Below are positions 46,225 through 62,908 of a stretch of 64,000 nt of DNA, piece after piece (within the stretch, counting starts at the first letter, position 1; every line of letters begins with the position of its first letter). Made by a program: the position numbers and the translations under genes. The stretch lies in assembly GCF_009914755.1 (NCBI RefSeq), contig NC_060933.1. The stretch is one strand, 5' to 3'. Below the pieces are notes generated by a model, which saw only the letters and a list, made by a program, of their open reading frames with translations, was not told the origin of the DNA and searched no databases. This DNA comes from the human T2T-CHM13v2.0 reference genome, Homo sapiens.

Positions 46225-46329
46225 CTTCATCATTTCTTCTTCTCCTGCTGTTTTACTTTTTGCTTCTATGTCCCCTGCTTCATTGCATCTAATAAAGCAG
46301 CTATTTGAGGCCAACAAATCCATTTTCCC
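46225..46329 (-). pseudogene. FRG1: FRG1 exon 6
   Basis: cacttag|[35 protein letters not shown]|gtaa; 105 nt; both splice sites intact. Confidence 0.95.
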
Positions 46330-46826
46330 CTAAGTGAAACGAAATAACAAAATAGCCATGAGGATACTTCTTGTAGAAGAAATATTAAGTGTTTAGACTG
46401 AATGAATTTTTCCTCCCTGATTTAAAAATCACAGAAAAGAACTTAGAGAAAAACCTGAAAAATATAATACAAGAACATATAGAAAAGGAAACCAAAATCA
46501 CCTTTCATTTTGCTATTCAAAGATTGCCACAATAAATATTTGTAGTGTATCTTCCTAGTAGGACTAAACTCTAATTAGATGAGGTAGGATTGCTTCCTTT
46601 CTAAAAGATCTACTGAAGATAAAACTGATTTAGTTCTGTTTGAAAAATTAACTTTAAAGACAAGAACATAATTATGAATGCATACTTTATTCAAATATTA
46701 GCATTTTAAGTAAAATTTATTTTCCTCACAATTAGAAAACATGAAAAGGCATATACAATGCCTTTGGTGTTTTGAATTTAAGAATCAATGTCTGAGGGAC
46801 TTTTGTGTGTGAAAATAAATATTCAT

Positions 46827-47235
<409 letters not shown>

Positions 47236-47677
47236 TTATAAATGTGGTTAGCTTAACTCCCGTAACAAATATAGTGTTTATTTATAACTTGTATTTGGTT
47301 GATTCTTTTGGAAAACTTGGAATACAATAACATTTAGACAAAATATTTATAAATACAATGATTACAAAATATGTTAACCTTATATCACATCCAGTTAAAA
47401 ACGTGCTGATAATATGGATTTAATTTCTTAGTCAAGTCACAAGGGCTGGGTGGTCTCTCATCTCGATGGCTCCCGGTGAGCCCTGGAACATGGCGGTGTG
47501 GTCCAAGGCGATTTAAACCTGTGCCACAGATTATTCAGCTGAGTCCTTTTTGCAACAGAGATTTAAGACCCTCTTTCATTTAAATTTAAATTTTTGAAAC
47601 TTAGTGTCAAATGCTAAAATATCATTGGAACATTACTTTAGATTAGAAAATATTTTATTAATAATTCAGACAGAGTG

Positions 47678-48012
47678 TGATATGGTTTGGCTGTGTCCCC
47701 CCCAAATCTCATCTTGAATTGTAGTTCCCATAATCCCCACATGTTACCCAGTGGGGGGTAATTGAATCATGGGGGCGGTTAGCCCATGCTGCTATTCTCA
47801 TGATAGTGAGTGAGTTCTCATGAGATCTGATGGTTTTATCCAGGACTTTTCCCCCTTTTGCTCAGCACCTCTCCTTGCTGCTGCCATGTGAAGAAGGATG
47901 TGTTTGCTTCCCGTTCCGCCATGATTGTAAGTTTCCTGAGGCCTCCCCGAACTATGAGTCAATTAAATCTCTTTCGTTTATGAATAGCCAAGCACTGTGA
48001 GAATGGACTAAT
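47678..48012 (+). mobile_element. Solo THE1 (THE1C/D-like) MaLR LTR
   Basis: TGATATGGTTTGGCTGTGTCCCC..AAATCTCATCTTGAATTGTAGTTCCC..GGACTAATA; TAATTGAATCA at 47759-47769. Confidence 0.9.
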
Positions 48013-48021
48013 AAATACGAG

Positions 48022-48438
48022 TGTCTTAATCCATTTTGCATTGTTATAAAGGAATATCTGAGGCTGGGTAATTTAATAAAATAAGACATTTATTTGACTC
48101 ACGGTTCTTCAGGCTCTGCAAGAAGCATGGCACCAGCATCTGCTTCTGGTGAGGACCTCATGAAGTTTCTAACCATGGGGGGAGGCCAAGAGAGAGCAGG
48201 CATGTCACATGGCAAGGGAGGGAGCAAGAGAGAGGGGAGGAGTGCCATGCTCTTTTAGGCAGCCAGATCCCACAGGAACTAAGAGTGAGAATTCACTCAA
48301 TCCTAACATAATGACACCAAGCAACTCATGAGGGATCTGCCCCCCTGACCCAAACACCTCCAACTAGGCCCCACCTCCCACATTAGGGATGAAATTTCAA
48401 CATGATATTTGGAGGGAACTAATATCCAAACTATGTCA
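48022..48438 (-). mobile_element. Solo MST-family MaLR LTR
   Basis: Minus strand TGACATAGTTTGGATAT..GGAGGTGGGGCCTAG..CCAGAAGCAGATGCTGGTGCCATGCTTC..GAACCGTGAGTCAAATAAA..GGATTAAGACA. Confidence 0.88.
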
Positions 48439-48458
48439 TAGAGGTATGTGTGTAACCT

Positions 48459-49500
<1,042 letters not shown>

Positions 49501-50784
49501 CTCAAAAGTGGGAGGTTTTGGTATTTCAGAAGAAAATCAGGTGTCGTGGAGTGTTAGTAGTAACCTTGAACTATATGCAAAGACTAAAGCTAGGAAGATA
49601 GGAAGAGTTTTACAAGATCCTTTTGGCTATATAGTTAAAGTTATTAGCAGTTAGAGTTTCCCTTACAGTTGACAAGTGAACCATAAAAGTGAATGACTTG
49701 TGGTTCCTCAGATAAAAGCACGAGTCAGAGTTGTAATTTCTGTTTTGTGGACGTAATTGTTGACCAAGTGCACTGAAGGTAGGGATGGCCAGTAGCAAAA
49801 TTATAAAGCAGGCCTGTTTGTCTTCAAACACTCCTGAGTAAACTTGTCATTTCCTTGTAAAAATGCAAAATAGACTACTGAGTAGAGGTGATCAATTACA
49901 GAAATGCACTTACTTTGGCTTTCTTCTGAAACCTAATAAAATGACAGTAAAGGGATTATTTTTTTAAGGCAGAAACCCACAATGATGATGAAATTAGAAA
50001 GGAAAACAAGAACAACAAGGTTGTGGAATTCAGAAGCCATATAGACAAGAGGTAACACACCTGAGAAAGATGATCCCTAAATTTGTCTTGGAGAAAACTC
50101 AGAAGTACCTGACTACATCATAGACCTCCCAAACAGCTTCCAAATGTCAGATACCACTGAAAATGGGGATAAAGGTAGGGTCAAAAATAGGAGGATTGGG
50201 TTATAAGTCTGTATAAGAAGTTGTTAGATCCCTACATCCTCTCTTCAAACCTGTATAGCCAGATAATGGTCCCTCTCCCAGCCTGGCAGAGGCTGGAAAA
50301 GGTAAATAGAGAAAGTTACTTCCTGGAGAACATTTGGCACATTTGGGGATGGAGTTCAGTAATATAAATGAAGGGGTAGTGAAAATTTATGGGAACATTT
50401 ATAACCTAACAGAACCCCATGTCTTTTACCCCATTCTAATTCCAGACCACTAGAGATTAGAAAATTATTCTCTGGGGTATCTGACCACTTCCAGAGGAAA
50501 GACATAAAGATGCTGATGTCGAGAATGACCCAACTAAATGGCCCAGCCAGATGACCCAGTTGAAGCTGGTGGACAAGAAGTTTCATTCATGGAATCAGAA
50601 CTTCCAATAAGGTCTTTTAGTACCTCACTCCTAAATTTGAATAGACTACCAAAGATTATCAGACATCTAAGGGGAACTACCAGCATGAAAGGTAGAGACC
50701 AAAGCAAACAAACAAACAAAGAAAATAATTTGGAACTAACCAAGACTATGCTGGGAGAAGAAAACTATTATTAATATCCACAGA

Positions 50785-51922
<1,138 letters not shown>

Positions 51923-52310
51923 TCAGAAAGGGACATTCAAGAAACAAAAAGGGAGCTCTGGGAAATTTGAACAATAAATAATAGTAGAATAAAAAATTCA
52001 GAGAAAGTTTGGATGATAAATTTGAGCCAATCTCCCAGTAAGCAAAGCAAAAATATAGAAAATGAGAGTTAGAAAAGAAAAAGAAAAAAATTAAAGGACT
52101 AAAATAAGAAGTCCAACATCTAAATAAGAGGAGATCCACAAAGAGCAACAGAGATAAGAGAAGAAAGGAAATAATCAATAAAATAATTCAAGAAAATCCA
52201 AGGACATGAGTTCTCAGATTGTAAGAGACTACTTGAGTGAAAAAAAAAAAAAAAAGAATGGAGTTAGACCCATCCCAAGGCACATTATTTGTGCGATTTT
52301 AAAATACTGG

Positions 52311-52714
52311 TATATTAGTTTGCTAGAGCTGCAGTAACAAAACACCACAGACTGGGTGGCTTGAACAGCAGAAATTTGTTTTCTCATGGTTCTGGATGCT
52401 AGAAGTCTAAGATCGAGGTGACAGCAGTTTCGTTTTTTCCTGATGCTTCTCTCCTTAGCTCACAGATGGCTGCCTTCTAGTTGTGTCCTCATACTGTCTT
52501 CCCTTGGTCAGTGTTGTCTGTGTCCTCGTCTCCTCTTCTTAAAGGGACACCAGTCATATTAGGTTAAGAATTGCCCATTAGACCTCATTTTACCTTAATT
52601 ACCTCTTTAAAGGCCCCACGTCTAAATACAGTCATATTCTAAACTACTGGGGGTTAGGGCTTCACTGAGTGAATTTTGGTGGAAAGTGGGGCAGGGGACA
52701 CAATTCAGCCTATA
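52311..52714 (-). mobile_element. MLT1 (MLT1B/C-like) LTR
   Basis: TATTAGTTTGCTAGAGCTGC..CCACAGACTGGGTGGCTT..GGGGACACAATTCAGCC. Confidence 0.8.
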
Positions 52715-52876
52715 AAAACTGGAAACAAAGTGAAAATCCTATGTGTTTCTGTGCTCAGAAGACAGGAAGTAGTCATACCCAAGAGTCAATAATTAAACTG
52801 GTTTCTCACCAGCAATTTGGGAGACTGGAAGTCGGAAGACACAGAGCAGTGCCTACCACATTCAAAAGAGAAAAGA

Positions 52877-53306
52877 GGCCGGGCATGGTGGCTCACGCCT
52901 GTAATCCCAGCACTTTAGGAGGCGAGGAGGATGGATCACCAGGTCAGGTGTTCAAGACCAGCCTGACCAACATGGTGAAATGCTGTCTCTACTAAAAATA
53001 CAAAAATTAGCTGGGCATAGTGGAACACGCCTGTAATCCCAGCACTTTGGGAGGCCACAGAGGGCAGATCACCAGGTCAGGAGTTTGAGACCAGCCTGAC
53101 CAACAAGGTGAAACCCCATCTCTACTAAAAATACAAAAATTAGCCAGGCGTGGTGGCGCATGCCTGTAATCCCAGCTACTCAGAAGGCTGAGACAGAAGA
53201 ATCACTTGAACCCAGGAGGTGGAGGTTGCAGAGAGCCGAGATCATGCCACTGCACTCCATCCTGGGTGACAGAATGAGACTCCGTCTCAAAAAAAAAAAA
53301 AAAAAA
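52877..53306 (+). mobile_element. AluS with duplicated left arm (left-left-right trimer)
   Basis: Two TACTAAAAATACAAAAATTAG linkers (~52990 and ~53124). Confidence 0.92.
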
Positions 53307-55479
53307 GAGAGAGAGAAAAGAATTCCAACCCAGAATTCTCAACTTCACTGTGTCAGAACATATGAAGTAAACAAATATTCATCTCTACATTTGCCAGTCC
53401 CTGTGGACTTAGACCAGATAGTATAAATAATAGTCACAAAAGGAGTATGAATGGGATAAGAAGCCACTTCTAGTCTGAGACAATTAAGAGTAGTAGTGCC
53501 TTCTCTGCACTCTCACCGCCTCATTCTGACAGCTGGAGTGAAGGACTCCCAACTTCTGGAACTGCCCAATGAAAGTAGCCTTGTGTGAGTGTTAGCTGGC
53601 CTGCTTTGGTCTGGGATGCAAGTAGAAATAAACTCCTCTCATATTAAGCCACTAAGACTTTAGGGATATGTTGCTGTAGCATAGCCTAATGTAGCCTGAT
53701 TACTGAACGAGCCACCCCATCAACTGAATCTATGTATATACTAAAAACATTTTAAGATATGCAAGGTCTCAAAGAGTTCACTCGATGCACACTTTTTCTC
53801 AGGAAGCTACTAGAGGATGTGCTCCACAAAAAATAAAGGTATAAATTGTGAAAGAGGAAAACATAGGATTTAGGAATCAAGGGAATTCAGCACAAGACAG
53901 AAGAAAAGGGAATCTGCAGCAAGATCCCTGAGCTGTGCATGTAACATAAAGGGCAACAATTTCCAACACAGAGCAGATCACAAGACCCTAGGATAGATTT
54001 CTTGAAGAAAATGAAATTAAAAGAATACTGGATTCATCTGAACATACGAAAAGGAGATTTAAGCAACTTTTTAAGAGCTTGGGAATGAATTAATGATAAA
54101 TATATGGTATTATGCAACCAAAACTACAATAAAAACATTAAAAATTATAACTCATAAAATTATTAATTTCAGGGAAAATAAAAAGTTGAGTAGGAATGAA
54201 AAAAGAATCAGAGGATACTATAAAGCTCATCTGTGGATATTGTTTACATAGTCATGATAATGAAAAAGAAATAATCTAACCAAAATTAAACGTTGGAAGT
54301 GTGGGGAGATAGAAATGGTAGTGTATTCGCTATTTATGTGTTGGGGAGGATACCTGTAACTTTAACATTAGTGAGCTTTACTTTACTAAGGCTAAATAAA
54401 CAAACTCAAGTGTCCAGAAAGGCTAGAGAAGGAGCTTACAAGAATGAAGCTATTGTGGTGTGATTCAATAGGGAATAGGTGGGGCCTTGGCAACATCAAT
54501 TTGTAGTATCCCTGCCAATTGATACTACAACATCAATTTGTAGTATCCCTGCCAAAATTTAACTATGGAAAATAGTTAAATTTTAATATGCACACATCTG
54601 TGGTTGTGGTTATACAGATATATATATATAAAATAAAAATTTATATATAAATAAATACATAAACAAACTCAAGTGTCCAACAGGGCTAGATAAGGAGCTT
54701 ACAAGAATGAAGCAGTTGTGATGTGATTCAATAGGGAATAGGTGGGGCCTTGGCAAACCAAAGAACATATTCTATCTAAAGTGGATGGCCACAACTTGCT
54801 CCAGCTGTGGAAACTTGGGCCATGTACTGCTAGATCTAAGGATTTTCTTTTGAGAGATGCTAGATATATACATTTTTTAAAAATAAAATTATCCTGATTT
54901 TAACAACATTGCCTTATTATATAAAACATACCTTGGAGGGTGTGGGTAAGACACAATGTCCTTGAAATTATATTTCACTGGGTTAATAAAATTGGCTCCG
55001 GAAGAAAATAATTTTAAACAGCAAACCAAAAAGTGAAGGCCTTCAAAACTAACAAACCAAACGAAAACAAAACAAAATGACAACAAGAAAAAAACAAAGA
55101 AACAAAACCCCTGGACCTTACCATTTTTCTAAGGCATGTTGACATGATAAAATCAAAATTGCTTTGTGCTTATAAGGATCAAAGGTTATGCTTTTGACTT
55201 TATAAATTCAGAGAAAGAATTTAATTGGAATTATTTTTATGAATTAACTGAAGATCTAAGGCAACTGGATAATTTAGGTTCTGCTAGTATCTAGAATATT
55301 CAAAGTTTATGTTTAGTCTGACACTAAAGAATCCATTATTTCTCTTGACTTCCAGGCTGGTCAGTGTCTTTCCTGTGTCATATACCAAACAATGTGTTAG
55401 AAATTGTCTTCTCACTCATAAACTAATATTTGTTCAGAGTAAAAAGTCAAGCAAGTAAATAATGAGAAAAAATTCAGTG

Positions 55480-56340
55480 TATTGTATAAACAAAGACAGA
55501 AGGCAGACCAATGGTTACCTGGGGCCTAAGCTAAAGAGATTAATTGTACACAGACACAAAGGAATTTTTTGGGATGGTGAAAGTGTTCTAAAACTGGATT
55601 GGGATGATTGTGGCACAACTGTATAAATGTTATTAAAACTCATTGAGTTGTACACTTAAATGAGTGGCTAAGTTGTGCCTTAATAAAGCTGTAATTTTGA
55701 AAAAGAATAATGGATGATCAACTGTGAGCTAGAGTATGATGAAAACACAAGACATTTACATAGCTTCAAAGTATCTCCCCATCAGGTACTTATTAACTGC
55801 ATCAGGGAAACAGTAATTTTATTGTGGCAGAACCCTGCTGACAAAGTTAACATTCTAGTAAAAGCACAGGTGGATGTCATGTGCCTCCTGAAGTGATGCA
55901 CAGAGAAGGATGCAACATCAACTTGTAGTATCCCTGCCAAAAATATATAACCTGAATTTAACCATGCTGAAACATAAGACAAATCCAAGTGAAGGAACAT
56001 TCTACAAAACAACTGACCAGTACTCCTCAAGAGTGTCAAGGTCCTGGAAGACAAAGACTGAGCAATGCTTCTGATTAAAGTAGACTGAGAGGTGACAACT
56101 GAATGCAATGTGGGATTCTGGATTAGGTCTTGGCCCAGAAACAGGTCTTCGGTGGGACAACTGGCAAAATGTGAATAAGGTCTCTGGTTTTGTGAATGGT
56201 AGCGTATCGACGCTCATTACCTGCTTTTGAACATGGTAGTGATAGTAAGATATCAACATTCAGGAAAGTACAGTGAAGGGTATATGGGAATCTCTACTAT
56301 TTTTGTAACTTTTGTAAGTTGAAATTGTTTCAAAATGAGT
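55480..56340 (+). mobile_element. Old L1M (MB/MC/ME) 3' end fragments
   Basis: GGGATGGTGAAAGTGTTCTAAAACTGGATT; GGAACATTCTACAAAACAACTGACC; TGCAATGTGGGATTCTGGATT. Confidence 0.75.
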
Positions 56341-58021
56341 TAGAAAATTAAAAGGAAGTTTTCTCTTTCAGCTGGGAAAACAGCAATGGATTAATAACAA
56401 GAAATTAATGGTGAAGTGGTGACGAAAATTCTACATTGCTTAGAAAGCAAGTAAGAAAATCAGTGGTTGTAGAGAAGTTCTTACATGAAGTAATAAAAAT
56501 AAAAATTGTTATGTTAAGCATTTTCTATTTTCTTTTCCTCCCCTCCAAATGAAACAGCATACTATTCTGCATGTTTTTCTACCTAACAATGTATCTTTTT
56601 AATGACTCTTGTATTTTAAACCTAAAATTTTGATTAAGCTTCACTTAATATTAAAAAAGATAGTATAGGTCACGATGTTATTTGATGCAAACGTTGGAAA
56701 GACAGAATCTTCTTGATCCAAGAGCTTTTAGAATTCAAAGTCTGATTCTGGTTATTACTCTGCTCATTTAAGATAGTGAAATGAACATTTACATTCTGGC
56801 AACCTCAGAAGTACAAAGAACAAAGGACACCAGCCAGGTAGGGCAAAGGCCTGTGCACCCCCTTTTGCTGTTACATGTTTATCAGATGCGTGCTCTGTTT
56901 CTGTTATATTACATTACTTTTCTCTTCAATGTTTACTGAGGAAGAACAAGTAGCTCCTCAGGCAAATCAACTGTTAACTTTGCAGTTTTTATTTAATCTC
57001 CCAGGAATGTAACCCTTAACTTTAAAGAATGTAGTGACCATAAAACTTATAAAGCATGTTTCTTAAGGAAATTGTACCTGTTTATTTAATCTATCAGATA
57101 TGAATGTTATAGAAAATTTAATTTGTCCACTTAAGCTGTAGATGAACTTTTCACCTTTCTGATCAGAAATTCACCATCTTATAGTATAGGTTCTGTTATT
57201 AATCAGAATATTTCATTTAGACTCTTTCTATCCAACTTTTTCTTAGAGGCTATTCAAAATAAAGGTGCTTCTAACAGTTTCATATCGAAATACGATGCAA
57301 AGCCTTGCTCTTCCATGGTATCCTTTGAGTGAGCCAAACTTATTTAGCCATTCCCCTATAGTTAAATAGCTAGGATGTTTCCAACATCTCACCTTTAAAA
57401 CAATAGTGCTATGAATGTCATAAATGTTTGTATATGTAAATATGTGGGATAAATCCCTATCAGTAGAATTTCAAAAGGTATACGCAATCAGTATTTTCAT
57501 ACATATTTAAAATTTTCCATCCATACAAAGGTTGCTAACATATTTATTTAAAATTTTAAAAATAATTTTATATGCCTCTTGTAACCAGTAATAGGATGCA
57601 AAGTTTTTTTTTAAGGTAACATTGCTCCTCTTCCCCCATTGTCTCTGTCATCTATAGTACTCCCTGAGGTAGTTCATGTTATTGCAAGGGTGTGTATCAT
57701 CACAAACATATTGCTTCCACATACATATATCAGCATACATATATATATATGAGCACATATTAATATATGCCCATGCACATACAAGCATGTTTTTGTTAAT
57801 TTTTACTGAAATGGAATCATACTACATACTTATGAACAAATTGCTTCTTTCACCTTATATCACTTATAATTGTTATTCTACAAATCAGTACATATAAAAA
57901 ATACATATTTACATATGTAATACTCTATCTTTCTGTTATAATTTTCTGCATGCACATGTATGCATATACATATATTCATAAACATAAAACTTAATCTAAA
58001 TGGGATTTTTTTTGGGGGGGG

Positions 58022-60251
58022 TGATATGGTTTGGCTGTGTCCCCACCCAAATCTCATCTTGAATTCCCATGTGTTGTGGGGGGACCCGGTGGGAGGTAAT
58101 TGAATTATGGGGGCAGGTCTTTCCTGTGCTGTTCTCGGGATAGTGAAAAAGTCTCACAAGATCTGATGGTTTTAAAAAGGTGAGTTTCCCTGCATAATCT
58201 CTCTTCTCCTGTCTGGTTCCATGTGAGATGTGCCTTTTGCCTTCCGCCATGATTGTGAGGCCTCCCCAGCCATGTGGAACCGTAAGTCCAATAAACCTCT
58301 TTCTTTTGCAAATTGCCCAGTCTCAGGTATGTCTTTATCAGCAGCATAAAAATGAAACAATACAGTAAATTGGTACAAGTAGAGTGGGGCGCTGCTGAAA
58401 AGATACCTGAAAATGTGGAAGAAACTTTGGAACTGGGCAACAAGCAGAGGTTGGAACAGTTTTGAGGGCTCAGAAGACAGGAATATGTGGGAAAGTTTGG
58501 AGCTTCCTAGAGACCTGTTCAATGACTTTGCCCAAAATGCTGATAGTGATATGGACAATAAAGTCCAGGCTGAGGTGGTCTTAGATGGAAACAAGAAACT
58601 TGTTGGGAACTGGAGCAATGGTGACTCTTCTTATGTTTTAGTAAAGATACTAGGGGCATTTTGCCCCTGCCATAGATATATGTGAAACTTTTAACTTGAG
58701 AGAGATGATTTAGGGTACCTGGCAGAAGAAATTTCTAAGCAGCAAAGCATTCAAGAGGTGACTTGGCTGCTGTTAAAGGTATTCAGTTTTATAAGGGAAG
58801 CAGAGCACAAAAGTTTGGAAAATTTGCAGCTTGACAATGTGCTAGAAAAGAAAATCCCATTTTCTAAGGAGAAATTCAAGCTGGCTGCAGAAATTTGCAT
58901 AAGTAACAAGGAGCTGAATGTTAATCCCCAAGACAATGGGGAAAGTGTCTCCAGGGCATGTCAGAGTTCTTCATGGCAACCCCTCCCATCACAGGCCCAG
59001 AGGTTTAGGAGGAAAAAGTGGTTTTGTGGGCTAGGCCCAGGGTCCCTCTGCTGTATGCAGTCTAGGGACTTCATACCCTGCATCCCAGCCATGAATGAAA
59101 GGAGCCAAAGTACAGCTCTGTCTGTTGCTTCAGAGGGTGCAAGCCCCAAGCCTTGGCAGCTTCCACATGGCTTTGAGCCTGCGGGTGCACAGAAGTCAAG
59201 AATTGAGGTTTGGGAAACTCTGCCTAGATATCAGAAGATGTAGAAGTTTGCTGTAGGGGTGGGTCCCTCATGGAGAACCTCTGCTAGGGCAGTGTGAAAG
59301 GGAAATGTGAGATTGGAGCCCCCAAACAGAGTCCCTACTGGGGCACCATCTAGTGGAGCAGTGAGAAGAGGGCCACTGTTCTTTAGACCCTGGAATGGTA
59401 GATCCATGGACGGCTTGCACTGTGCACCTAGAAAAGCCACAGACACTCAATGCCAGCCTGTGAAAGCAACCTGGAGAGAGGCTGTACCCTGCAAAACCTC
59501 AGGGGCAGAGCTGCCCAAGACCATAGGAACCAACCCCTTGCATCAGCATGACCTGGATGTGAGACATGGAGGCAAAGGAGATCATTTTGGAGCTTTAAGA
59601 TTTGACTGTCCCACTGGATTTCAGACTTTCATGGGGCCTGTATCCCCTTTGTTTTGGCCAATTTCTCCCATTTGGGATGGCTGTATTTACCAATGCTGTA
59701 CCCCCATTATATCTAGGAAGTAACTAACTCGCTTTTGATTTTACAGGCCCATAGGTGGAAGGGACTTGCCTTGTCTCGGATGAGACTTTGGACTTTGGAC
59801 TGTGGACTTTTGAGTTAACACTGAAATGAATTAATGCTGAAATGAATTAAGACTTTGGGAGACGGTTGAGAAGCCATGACTCATTTTAAAATGTGAGAAC
59901 ATGAGATTTGGGAGGGGCTGGGGTGGAATGGTATGGTTTGGCTGTGTCCCCACCCAAATCTCATCTTGGATTCCCATGTATTGTGGGAGGGACCCGGTGG
60001 GAGGTAACTGAATCATGGGGGCAGGCCTTTCTCATGCTGTTTTTGTGATAGTGAACAAGTCTCATGAGATCTGATGGTTTTGAAAAGGGGAGTTTCCCTG
60101 CACAAGCTCTCTTCTCTTGTCTGCTTCCAGGTGAGACATGCCTTTCACCTTCTGCCATGATTGTGAGGCCTCTCCAGCCATGTGGAACTGTAAGTCCAAT
60201 AAACCTCTTTCTTTTGCAAATTGCCCAGCAATGTGAAAACAGACTAATACA
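58022..60251 (+). mobile_element. Complete THE1 (THE1A/B-like) MaLR element: LTR 58022-58364, internal region 58365-59928, LTR 59929-60251
   Basis: Two homologous LTRs (TG..CA); internal start GTAAATTGGTAC; polypurine tract before the 3' LTR; imperfect 5-bp TSD GGGGG/GTGGG; ORFs 58413-59723 are decayed THE1-int. Confidence 0.95.
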
Positions 60252-60541
60252 GTGGGAGATTACTTCTCCATACCCTCTTTGTCTGCCAACCATATCACCT
60301 CTGCTGTTTCCTCTCCCCAAAAGGTAACCCATGTTAACCTCTGATTATGATCAAATAATTATATGTATTTATTTATATAAATACCATTTCTTTATATATT
60401 TTGAACATATTAATGCATACACAAGTGTGCTAAAATTTATATTTCTACTGCTGTCACCATCTGTAGCTTGTATGATTTACAGAATTTCATGAACAAAAAT
60501 ACATGAAGTAAAAGGAACCATTATGATGTAAAAGCATATAG

Positions 60542-60904
<363 letters not shown>

Positions 60905-61381
60905 TAGCTAAGCTATACTTTAGGCACAAACCAGCACTATTATCAAGATGCAATATGTGAACTCATCTTTCTTCTAGCATCAGTTCAGAATTAATTTTAA
61001 TCTGTGTATTGTATACTGCTGCCAAAAACTCATTAACCACAATTAAATTATGAAAGTACATGTGTAAATTTATGGATAGCAATACACAATCCAAAATATG
61101 AGTTTGCTATAAAAATAAAGCATATGGGTAGAATCATATTAATTATAAGTAACCAGAACTGTTAATAAGAAATTAATATTAAAATATATTGAATTTGATA
61201 TTTCCATAACTGAAGTAAACTAATTTAATAAGCGAAGCTAACCAGTCTAAAATATCAAAGGAGAATAAGAATAAAGTTTATTATTAAACATACAAGCTAT
61301 GGCTAATCAACATACTTTCTTATATTTCTTGATAATATGTTGAATTTACTTTCGAGCATGTTTTGAAGAGGTAGTTAGTCA

Positions 61382-61785
<404 letters not shown>

Positions 61786-62229
61786 CTAATTCTAGTGAGA
61801 AGGAAAGAGTATCAGTGCATATTGTCAAGTGAAGAAAGCAAGCTCCAGAACAAAGCCTATGTATGTTCCTATTTATTAAAAACAAAAGCCACATATGTAT
61901 ACAAATGTACTCTATCTTTCTGTTATAATTTTATGAATGCACATGTATGCAAATACATATATTCATATACATAAGACTTAGTCTAAACAGGAATATTCTT
62001 TCAGGAGGGAATCTTGCTTCTCCTACAGAAAAATACCTAACATGGCAGGGGCAAAGGTAATATTGGACCAAAAAAATCTGGACCTATGTCTATTAAATTG
62101 CTCACAGTGTTTATATAATATCGGTGAAGGGAAGTAAAATTGAGGTTAGTGAAAGATACTCCACGTTTTACCCTAATACTTTTCTACTGTTTGAATTTTT
62201 TATAGTTATAATACATTCAGGTATAATAC

Positions 62230-62589
62230 ATAATTTATATATAAATACTATATATATACACATACACACACATATATATATATGTGTGTGTATATATATT
62301 TTAATAAGAAACAAGGTCTTTCTCTCTCACCCAGGCTGGAGTGCAGTGCAGTGATCATAGCTCACTGTAACCTCAAACTCCTAGGCTTGCGTGATCCTCC
62401 CACCTCAGCCTCCTGAGTAGCTGGGACTACTGGTGCATGCCACCATGCCCAGCTAAGTTTTAAAATTTTTGTAGAAACAGGGTCTTGCTATGTTGCCCAG
62501 GTTGACCTTGAACTCCTGGCCTCAAGAGATCCTTTCCCCTCAGCCTCCCAAAGTGCTTGTATTACAGGCATGAGCCACTGTGCACAGCC
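62230..62589 (-). mobile_element. AluJ-like with tail-derived (TA)n/(CA)n microsatellite
   Basis: GATCATAGCTCACTG..TGAACTCCTGGCCTCAAG; TA/CA repeats at 62230-62300. Confidence 0.88.
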
Positions 62590-62699
62590 TACTTATATTA
62601 TTTAAAAAACAATTAATCAAATAAGTTGGTTAGGATTAGTTTCAGTGGCATAAACAGAAACTTAAACAATGTGAAAGCTTATTTCTGTCTCCTTCTGCC

Positions 62700-62908
62700 A
62701 GGTGAACACACAGTGTTCATCCCCTCAGGAGGACACAGCTTTTGAGGTACCATCTTGGAAGCAGAGACCAGCCCTCACTAGACACAAACTTCCTGGCACC
62801 TTGATTTTGGACTTCATAGCCTCTAGAACTGTGAGAAATAAATTTTTATTATTTATAAATTACCCTGTATTGGATATTTTGTTATAGCAGCACAAAAGGT
62901 CTAAGACA
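62700..62908 (+). mobile_element. MaLR LTR 3' fragment (MST/MLT1A-like)
   Basis: CCATCTTGGAAGCAGAGA..CACCTTGATTTTGGACTT..AGAACTGTGAGAAATAAAT..CTAAGACA. Confidence 0.75.
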
